Source: Candidatus Aminicenantes bacterium RBG_19FT_COMBO_65_30
GTDB lineage: Bacteria > Acidobacteriota > Aminicenantia > Aminicenantales > Saccharicenantaceae
Direction of reading: 5' to 3'
Length of the DNA: 64,000 bases
Assembly: GCA_001775755.1 (NCBI GenBank)
Contig: MEYF01000099.1
Coordinates: 5,739 to 69,738 of the forward strand
Made by a program: the position numbers and the translations under genes
Shown here: one piece after another, positions 56,501-64,000 of the stretch
How positions within the stretch are numbered: position 1 is the stretch's first letter
How the letters are laid out: each line of letters opens with the position of its first letter
The notes under the pieces: model-generated
The model's database searches: none
Told to the model about the DNA's origin: nothing
The model's input: the letters and a program-made list of their open reading frames with translations, nothing else

Positions 56501-56639
56501 GGGGACACAATACCCGTTTCAGAATTTCCCGTGGGGCCGTTTCGGGCCAAATGGGAGACAGGGGATGAGAATAGTGAGGCCTGAGCGTGCGTGAACGGAA
56601 GGGAACGATGGGAAATTCGGAAACGGGTATTGTGTCCCC
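56501..56639. repeat. Long inverted repeat: 20-bp perfect arms ggggacacaatacccgtttc / gaaacgggtattgtgtcccc extended by 9 more bp (gaatttccc/gggaaattc); about 30-bp stem, about 60-nt loop
   Basis: Seen directly. The distal arm covers the RBS, start codon and first codons of the downstream C-S lyase gene. Confidence 0.6.
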
Positions 56640-57822
56640 ATTTGACAAGATCATCGACCGGACGGGGACCGAATCCCTGAAGTGGGTCTATCCCCGCAAG
56701 GTCCTCAAGGTCGACAACGCCATCCCCATGTGGGTGGCCGACATGGACTTCGAGGCGCCGCCCGCGGTCGTCGAAGCCATCCGCCGCCGGGCCGCCCACG
56801 GTATCTACGGCTATCCCCTCATCCCTCCGTCGTTCTGGCAGGCCGCGATCGACTGGCTCAAGCGTCGCCACGGCTGGAACGTGCGCAAGGACTGGATGGC
56901 CAAGTCGCCGGGCATCGTCCCGGCCCTGAATTATTGCGTCCGGGCCTTCACCGAACCGGCTGATGGTGTCATCATCCAGACCCCCGTCTATTTTCCGTTC
57001 TATCACGCCGTCGAGAACAACGGCCGCCGCCTCATCCGGAATCCCCTCCGCTTCGACGGCCGCCGCTACACGATGGACCTCGACGACCTCGAAAGGAAGA
57101 TCGACCAGGGCGGACGCCTGCTCATCCTCTGCAGTCCCCATAATCCCGTCGGCCGCGTTTGGACGCGGGAGGAGCTCGAGGGCCTCGGCCGCATCGCCGT
57201 CGAGCGCGACCTCCTTGTCATCTCCGACGAGATCCACCACGACCTCGTTTATTCCGGACATCGGCAGCACATCTTCGCCGCGCTCTCGCCGGAGCTGGCG
57301 ATCCGGACGCTGACCTGCATCGCCCCGAGCAAGACGTTCAACATCCCCGGCCTGTCCACGGCCGTGGCGATCGCGTCCAACCCCAAGCTCCTCGAGGCCT
57401 TCAAGGACGAAACAGAACGGGCCGGGTTCGAGCTCGGCCAGGTCTTCGGCATCGTCGGTTTCGAGGCCGCCTACGCTCACGGCGGGGATTGGCTTGACGC
57501 CCTCCTGCCCTACCTCGAGGCCAACGTCGAGCTCATGGAGAAATTCCTCGAAGAGCGGGTCCCCGGCATCCACCTCGTCCGGCCCGAGGGAACCTATCTC
57601 GCCCTGCTCGATTGCCGGGGTCTCGGCCTCGAGCCCGTCGTGCTCAACGAATTTTTCCTGAAAAAAGCGGGCGTTTATTTCAGCGACGGGATGATGTTCG
57701 GCCCCGAGCTCGCCGGATTCGTCCGCGTCAACTTCGGCTGCCCCCGGTCCCTTCTCGAGGAGGCCCTGGAGCGGATCGAGCGGGCCGTCGCCGGCCTCCC
57801 TGAACGGGCGAATCGTCCTTGA
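56608..57822 (+). CDS. PatB/MalY-family PLP-dependent C-S lyase (cystathionine beta-lyase-like aminotransferase)
   Basis: N-terminal FDKIIDRTGTESLKW and the PLP-lysine SKTFNIPGL. The ATG at 56608 has a GGAAGGGA RBS; alternative starts are 56587 and the GTG at 56632. Confidence 0.8.
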   Translation: MGNSETGIVSPFDKIIDRTGTESLKWVYPRKVLKVDNAIPMWVADMDFEAPPAVVEAIRRRAAHGIYGYPLIPPSFWQAAIDWLKRRHGWNVRKDWMAKSPGIVPALNYCVRAFTEPADGVIIQTPVYFPFYHAVENNGRRLIRNPLRFDGRRYTMDLDDLERKIDQGGRLLILCSPHNPVGRVWTREELEGLGRIAVERDLLVISDEIHHDLVYSGHRQHIFAALSPELAIRTLTCIAPSKTFNIPGLSTAVAIASNPKLLEAFKDETERAGFELGQVFGIVGFEAAYAHGGDWLDALLPYLEANVELMEKFLEERVPGIHLVRPEGTYLALLDCRGLGLEPVVLNEFFLKKAGVYFSDGMMFGPELAGFVRVNFGCPRSLLEEALERIERAVAGLPERANRP

Positions 57823-58058
57823 TCATCGCGCCGGGGTCCGGCCCCGGGGGTCGATCTGGGCGCCGGGCTGTTCATTCATTACTCCGGCGTCCGGGATTTC
57901 AAAGCCATCGAGGAGATCAACATGGACTCGTCTTCCGCTCGAGTTGAGATAAAATTGTAGATCTTAAGGGCGTTGCAGTTGTTCTCTATTATGAGTACAG
58001 CCGGACTTACCATGTTCGCAAGCGGAAGCAAAAGGGGCCCTAGAAACGGCAAAGCAGT

Positions 58059-58079
58059 TCGTTCAGGTCATGAACGAAA
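58059..58079. promoter_or_regulatory. Palindrome TTCGTTCA-ggtca-TGAACGAA in the AT-richer region upstream of the amino-acid permease
   Basis: Seen directly. Confidence 0.3.
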
Positions 58080-58194
58080 TTATCGATATAGAAAATGGCC
58101 AGAGTGGACTCGGCTTCGACGAAAAAAAGAAAATATAAGCCCTTGTAAAGCGTCCCGCCCTGGATAGAATTAATCCGAAGAGCGAAAAGGCCGC

Positions 58195-59559
58195 ATGGCG
58201 ATCAAGGCGAAACTGACCACTTTCGACGCGACGATGATCGTCGTCAGCCTGATCATCGGCATCGGCATCTTCAGAACCCCGGCCATGGTCGCCGCGGCGG
58301 CCCGCACGCCCGCGCTCTTCTATGCCGCCTGGGCCCTGGGAGGGCTCATCAGCTTCATCGGCGCCCTGACTTTCGCCGAGATCGGCGGCCGCTTCGCCAA
58401 GCCGGGCGGCTACTACAAGGTCGTGGCCGAGAACTACAGCTCGGGCCTGGCCTTCATGCTCAACTGGACGAACGTCGTCATCCTCAACGGGGCCGGCGCG
58501 GCGGCCGTGGCCCTGATCGGCGCCGAATACTTGACGCCCATCCTATTCCCCGCCGCCACCCCGGGACGGGCGACCGTCCAAGCGAGCGCCGTCGTCCTCA
58601 TCGTCACACTCCTCGTCATCAACTACCTCGGCATCAAGACGGGCGCCTGGGCCCAGAACGTCCTGAGTATCCTCAAGGTCGGCATGATCGGCCTCCTCAC
58701 GGCGGCGGCTTTTCTGTCCAAAAAAGCGCCCGCGGGCCCGTCCGCCCTGCCCCTCGACCGGCCCTGGATCTTCGCCCTGGGCGTTTCGTTCATCTACGTG
58801 TTCTACGCCTACGGCGGCTACCAGAACACGATCAACTTCGGGGCCGACGTCCGCGACGCCAAGCGCAACGTCCCCCGGGCCATTTTTTTCGGCATCCTCA
58901 TCGTCCTGGCCTGTTACCTGACCATCAACGTGGCTTACGTCAAGACCCTCGGCGTTCCCGGCATCGCCTCGGCGAAACTCGTCGCCGCCGAAACCGCCCG
59001 CGTCACCTTCGGCGAGACCGGCCGGCTCGTTGTCTCCCTGGCCATCTTCCTCTCGGCCATGGGCTTCCTCAACGTCACCCTGATGCAGATCCCGCGGGTC
59101 TACTACTCCATGGCCGAGGACCGGACCCTGCCGGCCGCCTTCCAGAAGGTCAACCCGAAGACGCAGACCCAGGCGTTCGGGCTCCTCTTCCTCGGCGCCA
59201 TCATCCTCGCCTCGATCTTCCTCCTGGGCACGTTCGAGAACATCGTCAACTACGTCATGTTCCTCGATACGATGACCCTGGCCATCGTGTCCTCCTCGCT
59301 CTTCATCCTCCGGCGCAAGGCCCGCCTATCCGGCGAGGCCTACACCGGCTACCGGATTCCTCTCTACCCCCTGCTTCCCCTCCTTTTCGTGGCCTTCATG
59401 CTTGTCATCTCGGTCAACGTCCTCCTCACGCAGACGCGCGAGGCCCTCTACGGCGCGGTCTTTTTCGCCGCGGGTTTCCCGGTCTTCCTGCTCATGCGTC
59501 GGTTCAGCCGCCGCCGAGCTACTTCGCCCCCGCCCGAACCGGACGAGCCAGGTCAGTAA
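58195..59559 (+). CDS. APC-superfamily amino acid permease
   Basis: 454 aa with 12 TM helices and APC consensus features. Confidence 0.85.
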   Translation: MAIKAKLTTFDATMIVVSLIIGIGIFRTPAMVAAAARTPALFYAAWALGGLISFIGALTFAEIGGRFAKPGGYYKVVAENYSSGLAFMLNWTNVVILNGAGAAAVALIGAEYLTPILFPAATPGRATVQASAVVLIVTLLVINYLGIKTGAWAQNVLSILKVGMIGLLTAAAFLSKKAPAGPSALPLDRPWIFALGVSFIYVFYAYGGYQNTINFGADVRDAKRNVPRAIFFGILIVLACYLTINVAYVKTLGVPGIASAKLVAAETARVTFGETGRLVVSLAIFLSAMGFLNVTLMQIPRVYYSMAEDRTLPAAFQKVNPKTQTQAFGLLFLGAIILASIFLLGTFENIVNYVMFLDTMTLAIVSSSLFILRRKARLSGEAYTGYRIPLYPLLPLLFVAFMLVISVNVLLTQTREALYGAVFFAAGFPVFLLMRRFSRRRATSPPPEPDEPGQ

Positions 59560-59609
59560 TCCCGCCGCTCGTGGTAAAATGGTGAGGAGATGCCGGAGAG
59601 GAATCGCCC

Positions 59610-60527
59610 ATGGAAAAGACAAGAAAGATCAAGAAGGTCCTGATCAGCCAGCCCACCCTCGAGGGGGCCGGGGTCCATCTCCACCGCGGCTTCGGCTTCC
59701 GCGAAGCCCCGATGTTCGATCCCTTCCTGATGTTCGACGACTTCCGCCAGGACGACCCGGACAAGTACCTCCCCGGCTTCCCTTGGCACCCCCACCGCGG
59801 CATCGAGACGATCACCTACATGCTCCGCGGCACAGCCGAGCACGGCGACAGCATGGGCAACAGCGGCGTCATCGGCCCGGGGGACGTCCAATGGATGACG
59901 GCCGGCAGCGGCATCGTCCACCAGGAGATGCCCAAGGGCGGCGCGGATGGCCGGATGGGCGGCTTCCAGCTCTGGGCCAACCTGCCTGCCTCCCAGAAGA
60001 TGATGGCCCCACGCTACCGCGACGTTAAGCGCGCGGACATCCCCGAGATCGCGCTGCCCGGCGGCGTCACCGCCCGCGTCGTCTGCGGGACGGTGGGGGG
60101 AACGCGGGGCCCGGTCCGGGACATCGTCATCGATCCCGAGTACATCGACGTCGCGATGCCGCCTCAGGCCGAGTTCGTCCACCCGACCAAGCCCGGCCAC
60201 ACGGCCCTCGCCTATGTTTTCGAGGGGCAGGGCTGTTTCTCCGGCGATGCCCGGCCGGATTCCTACGAGGTCGAGCCGGCCAGCTATTTCGATCTCGAAC
60301 GGAAACCTTTCCTCGGCGACCACTCCGTAATCCTCTTCGGCGACGGCGGCCGGATCAAGGTGACCACGGCTGACTTCCGCCTCCGCTTCCTGCTCATCTC
60401 GGGCCGGCCCCTCGGCGAGCCCGTCGCCTGGCAAGGCCCCATCGTCATGAACACCCAGGAAGAGCTTCGGACCGCCTTCCGCGAGTACCGAGCAGGCACG
60501 TTCATCAAACAGCCCAAGCCGGTCTGA
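59610..60527 (+). CDS. Pirin-family protein (quercetin 2,3-dioxygenase-like, bicupin)
   Basis: HPHRGIETITYML...GDVQWMTAGSGIVHQE. Confidence 0.85.
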   Translation: MEKTRKIKKVLISQPTLEGAGVHLHRGFGFREAPMFDPFLMFDDFRQDDPDKYLPGFPWHPHRGIETITYMLRGTAEHGDSMGNSGVIGPGDVQWMTAGSGIVHQEMPKGGADGRMGGFQLWANLPASQKMMAPRYRDVKRADIPEIALPGGVTARVVCGTVGGTRGPVRDIVIDPEYIDVAMPPQAEFVHPTKPGHTALAYVFEGQGCFSGDARPDSYEVEPASYFDLERKPFLGDHSVILFGDGGRIKVTTADFRLRFLLISGRPLGEPVAWQGPIVMNTQEELRTAFREYRAGTFIKQPKPV

Positions 60528-60611
60528 AGCGGTATCGCGGTTTCCCGTCGTGCCCGTTATTGCAAACCGGGGCCGAAATCGGTAATCTGGGGAAAACCTG
60601 GGAGGCCCGCC

Positions 60612-61871
60612 ATGACGATGACAAGCCGGGAGCGCCTGGCCGCCGCCCTCGACCATCGCCAGCCCGACCGCATCCCCGTCGACTTCAACGGCACGGCCGT
60701 CACCGGCATGCACGTCAAGTGCGTCATCGGACTTCGCGACCATTACGGCTTGGAAAAGCGCCTGGTCAAGGTCCACGAGCCCTACCAGATGCTCGGCTGG
60801 ATCGACGACGACCTCCAGACCGCCCTCGGCCTCGACGTCGAAGGCGTCTACGGTCCGGAGACCATGTTCGGCTACCGCAACGAGAATTGGACCCCCTGGC
60901 GCATGGACGACGGGGCCGAGGTCCTGATGTCCGGGAATTTCCGCACGACCAAGGATGCGAACGGGGACACGCTCGTCTACCCCGGGGGCGACCGCTCAGC
61001 CCCGCCCTCCGGGCGCCTGCCCAAGAACGGCTTCTTCTTCGACACCATCATCCGCCAGGAGCCCCTAGACGAAGCCAAGCTCGACCCCGGGGACAACCTT
61101 CAGGAATTCGGCCCCGTTTCCGAAGCTGCGCTCGACCACTTCGACGCCGAGAGCCGCCGGGCCGCGGCGACCGGCCGGGGGACGATCGCCGGCTTCGGCG
61201 GAACCGCCCTGGGGGACATCGCCCTCGTACCCGCTCCCGGCCTCAAACGCCCGAGGGGGATCCGGGACGTCGAGGAATGGTACGTTTCGACGCTGATCCG
61301 GCGACCCTACATCCATAAGGTCTTCGAGCGCCAGACCGAGATCGCTCTCGGGAACCTCGGGAAGATCCACGCCCGGGTCGGCGACCGGGTCCAGGCCGTA
61401 TTCCTCTGCGGCACGGACTTCGGCACGCAGCAGTCGACCTTCTGTTCCGTCGCCGCCTTCCGCGAGCTCTACATGCCCTACTACAAGCGGATCAACGACT
61501 GGGTCCACCGGCGCACGGCCTGGAAGACCTTCAAGCATTCCTGCGGCGCCGTCGAAACGCTCATCTCGTCCTTCATCGAGAGCGGCTTCGACATCCTCAA
61601 TCCCGTCCAGGTCTCCGCGGCCGGCATGGACGCCCGGAACCTCAAGGAAAAATACGGGCGGGACATCGTCTTCTGGGGCGGCGGCGTCGACACCCAGAAC
61701 ACCCTGGCCTTCGGGACCCCGGAGGAGGTCCGGGCCGAGGTCCTGGAGCGGTGCGAGATCTTCGGCCGGGGGGGAGGTTTCGTCTTCAACGCCGTCCACA
61801 ACATCCAAGCCAACGTCCCCATCGGCAATATCGTCGCCATGTTCGAGGCCGTCAAAGAGTTCAACGGATGA
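60612..61871 (+). CDS. Uroporphyrinogen-decarboxylase (URO-D)-like family protein (MtaA/CmuA-type methyltransferase fold)
   Basis: 419 aa with a URO-D-like C-terminal region (GGGFVFNAVHNIQANVPIGNIVAMFEAV). Confidence 0.65.
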   Translation: MTMTSRERLAAALDHRQPDRIPVDFNGTAVTGMHVKCVIGLRDHYGLEKRLVKVHEPYQMLGWIDDDLQTALGLDVEGVYGPETMFGYRNENWTPWRMDDGAEVLMSGNFRTTKDANGDTLVYPGGDRSAPPSGRLPKNGFFFDTIIRQEPLDEAKLDPGDNLQEFGPVSEAALDHFDAESRRAAATGRGTIAGFGGTALGDIALVPAPGLKRPRGIRDVEEWYVSTLIRRPYIHKVFERQTEIALGNLGKIHARVGDRVQAVFLCGTDFGTQQSTFCSVAAFRELYMPYYKRINDWVHRRTAWKTFKHSCGAVETLISSFIESGFDILNPVQVSAAGMDARNLKEKYGRDIVFWGGGVDTQNTLAFGTPEEVRAEVLERCEIFGRGGGFVFNAVHNIQANVPIGNIVAMFEAVKEFNG

Positions 61872-63202
61872 AGAGAGCCGGGCTCTACGTCATCGCCGTC
61901 ACCCTCGTCGCCGCCATCGGCGGCCTCATCTTCGGCTTCGACACGGCCATCGTCGCCGGAGCCACGCGCTACATGAAAGAGCAGTTCTCGCTGAATTCGC
62001 TCCAGGAGGGCTGGGCCGTGAGCGTCGTCCTCATCGGCTGCATGTTCGGCGCCGGCCTGGCCGGGCCCATCAGCGACCGGGTCGGGCGGCGGCGGTTCAT
62101 GCTCATCTCGGCCGTCCTCTTCTTCGTCTCGGCAGTCGGCTGCGCCTTGCCGCGGACGATCACGCAATTCGTCATCTTCCGCTTCGTCGGAGGCCTGGGC
62201 ATCGGCTCGGCGGCCGTCCTCTCGCCGCTCTACATCGCCGAGATCGCGCCGGCCCGCGTCCGGGGCGCCCTCGTCTCGGTCAACCAGATGGCCATCGTCA
62301 CCGGGATCCTTCTCGCCTACTTCGTCAACTGGGCCTTCGCCGGGGCGGGACCGTCGAACTGGCGTTGGATGTACGCCATGGGCGCCATCCCCTCGGTCCT
62401 CTTTTTCCTGCTGCTCTTGCGCGTTCCGGAAAGCCCGCGCTGGCTGGTCAAGAACGGCCGCGAGGACGAGGCCCGCTCCGTCTTGACGAGGGTCAATACG
62501 GCCGAGGTCGCCGCCCGGGAAGTCAAGGAGATCAAGGACACGCTGGCCCTCGAGGAGGGCTCCTTCCGCGAGATCTTCCGGCCCGCCTTCCGGCGGCCTC
62601 TCCTCATCGCCGTCGTCCTGGCCGTTTTCCAGCAGGTCACGGGCATCAACGCCATCCTCTATTACGCCCCGCGGATTTTCGAGGGCGCCGGCTTCGCTCG
62701 GATGTCGGCCATCGGCCAGTCGACGATCGTCGGCCTGGTCAACATGCTCTTCACCGTGGTGGCCATCGTCCTCGCCGACCGGGTCGGCCGCCGGCCGCTC
62801 CTCCTCATCGCCACGGGCGGCATGGGCGTCTCCCTGGTCCTCCTCGGCGCGGCCTTCAAGTTCCCGCTCCTGCCGGCTTCGGCCCTGCTCCTGATCATCC
62901 TCCTCTACATCGCCTTCTTCGCCTCGGCCATGGGGCCGCTCGTCTGGGTCGTCATGGCCGAGATCTTCCCCATCAAGGTCCGGGGCAGCGCCATGGGCCT
63001 GGCCACCCTCGTCCTCTGGCTGGCTGATTTCGCCGTCACCCTGACGTTCCCTGTCATCTCGGACAAATTCCACCCGTCGACGGCATTTTGGCTCTACGCG
63101 GCGATGTGCGCCCTGGACCTCGTGTTCATTTGGTTCTTTCTGCCGGAAACCAAAGGCAAGTCGCTCGAGGAGATCGAGCGCTGCTGGCTAAAAACCGCGT
63201 GA
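61868..63202 (+). CDS. MFS sugar-porter family transporter (XylE/GalP-like)
   Basis: GRR, PESPRWL and PETKG sugar-porter signatures. The start at Met 61868 overlaps the previous stop (ATGA). Confidence 0.85.
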   Translation: MKRAGLYVIAVTLVAAIGGLIFGFDTAIVAGATRYMKEQFSLNSLQEGWAVSVVLIGCMFGAGLAGPISDRVGRRRFMLISAVLFFVSAVGCALPRTITQFVIFRFVGGLGIGSAAVLSPLYIAEIAPARVRGALVSVNQMAIVTGILLAYFVNWAFAGAGPSNWRWMYAMGAIPSVLFFLLLLRVPESPRWLVKNGREDEARSVLTRVNTAEVAAREVKEIKDTLALEEGSFREIFRPAFRRPLLIAVVLAVFQQVTGINAILYYAPRIFEGAGFARMSAIGQSTIVGLVNMLFTVVAIVLADRVGRRPLLLIATGGMGVSLVLLGAAFKFPLLPASALLLIILLYIAFFASAMGPLVWVVMAEIFPIKVRGSAMGLATLVLWLADFAVTLTFPVISDKFHPSTAFWLYAAMCALDLVFIWFFLPETKGKSLEEIERCWLKTA

Positions 63203-63222
63203 CGGACCGGCCGCGGTCCCGG

Positions 63223-63813
63223 CTATTTCGCCTCCAGCGCGCCGACCAGCTTGCGGACGACGATGTCCAGCTCCTCCATCAGGATGCCCGACAGGGTGAA
63301 CGGCAGCAGGCGGACCTTGCGCGCCGCGAGCGGCAGCCGCTTATCGAACGAGTGCCGGACGATACTCCGCCCGGACTTGAATTCGAGGAATTCCAGGTCC
63401 ATGGCCAGCCGGCCGAACCAGACCTTGGGATTGTCGATCTCCTCGATGAGGCGGACGTTCGAACGCAGGACGATCTCCGGATCTCCCTGGAGGACGTCGA
63501 GCATGACCCGGGGAAAGCCCTCTTTTTTCAATAGGTAGTCGCCCATCGCCTCACGGAAGAGGGCGTCGGGCTTCTTGGCCCAGAACACCGTGGAATAGTA
63601 CTTGAGCTCGTAGAGAGAGACCCGGTAGATGACCCGGAAGTCGTCGTAGAGGGGGTCGACGCGGACCGGCTCGATGTAGAGGACCTTGCCGACAGCGGGG
63701 TGGAGCTGGGCGCTCATGTCCGTGACGACGATCTGGAAATAGCGCTTGGACGGGACGGAAAAACAGCCGGCGAGGAGGAAGACGGCGATCAGGTAGAGGG
63801 CGTGTTTCCTCAT
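63223..63813 (-). CDS. ABC-type transport auxiliary lipoprotein (PqiC/YmbA-like, DUF330)
   Basis: Lipobox LLAGC. 196 aa. It immediately follows an MCE-type gene. Confidence 0.65.
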   Translation of the reverse strand: MRKHALYLIAVFLLAGCFSVPSKRYFQIVVTDMSAQLHPAVGKVLYIEPVRVDPLYDDFRVIYRVSLYELKYYSTVFWAKKPDALFREAMGDYLLKKEGFPRVMLDVLQGDPEIVLRSNVRLIEEIDNPKVWFGRLAMDLEFLEFKSGRSIVRHSFDKRLPLAARKVRLLPFTLSGILMEELDIVVRKLVGALEAK

Positions 63814-64000
63814 TTTTTCTTGTCCTTTCGTGTCCGCAGGATGGACGACGGCTCCTCGGCGATCTCGCGGGCAAAGCGGGCCAGGTTCTCGACGGCGACG
63901 CCGAGACTGGCGAAGGTCCGCGTCAGCTCCGCCTGCTGCTCGAGGAGGACGCTCTCGACTTTCTTCAGGCTGACCGAGGCCGTGTCGAGGAAGGACCTGA
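63810..64000 (-). CDS. MCE/MlaD-family protein, C-terminal fragment running off the window end
   Basis: The reverse-frame translation ends ...FAREIAEEPSSILRTRKDKKK*. ATGA overlap with the lipoprotein start. It is open-ended, so it is not in the track. Confidence 0.5.
   Translation of the reverse strand, partial: RSFLDTASVSLKKVESVLLEQQAELTRTFASLGVAVENLARFAREIAEEPSSILRTRKDKKK

Noticed and set aside
57973-58167. 64-aa ORF in the AT-rich island
   Set aside because: It has no RBS, an odd composition (RYRKWPEWTRLRRKKENISPCKASRPG) and a likely non-coding context.
1-64000. Search for CRISPR arrays, rRNA genes, IS elements/transposases, integrases, phage genes and toxin-antitoxin pairs
   Set aside because: I found no regularly spaced direct repeats, no rRNA-like conserved stretches, and no transposase, integrase or phage-like translations in any frame. 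The window appears to be core chromosome.

Overview
This is a high-GC (roughly 65-70%) bacterial chromosomal segment with dense coding on both strands. The long Arg/Asp/Gly-rich ORFs antisense to real genes are typical high-GC artefacts. From homology recognised by eye I call about 60 protein genes, one tRNA, and several promoters, terminators and inverted repeats. The gene content suggests a Gram-negative anaerobe: class III ribonucleotide reductase (nrdD, truncated at the window start, with NrdR-box-like sites), tungsten-type aldehyde:ferredoxin oxidoreductase with MoaD, pirin, and polyamine genes. Left to right the window holds: nrdD, a YjbQ-family protein, a HAD hydrolase, a small basic protein, an MFS transporter, pgi, a lipoprotein, a large secreted FecR/Trp-rich protein with a ~330-aa Ser/Arg-rich repeat tail next to a CpxP/Spy-like protein, a CUT2 sugar ABC transporter, DUF3467 plus a small protein, an M64 peptidase with a ureohydrolase, an ABC-2 exporter with an unusual membrane protein and prepilin peptidase, tilS next to a tRNA-CAT, an HD-GYP phosphodiesterase, a tandem class II aldolase-AOR-MoaD-NTPase cluster with a 590-bp ORF-free leader, a complete pilB-pilC-pilMNOP-secretin cluster with a TPR-lipoprotein secretin, a PilS/PilR-like sensor kinase and sigma54 regulator, an M1 aminopeptidase, speH, Lrp, glnA, an S2P protease, scpAB, rpsA, an IHF-like protein, a HIT protein, PpiD, an OPT transporter, an aminopeptidase, a PatB/MalY C-S lyase behind a 20-bp perfect inverted repeat, an APC permease, pirin, a URO-D-like protein, an MFS sugar porter, and a PqiC-like lipoprotein with a partial MCE protein. 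I found no CRISPR, rRNA, transposase or phage genes. All calls come from reading the sequence and translations; no database searches were run.
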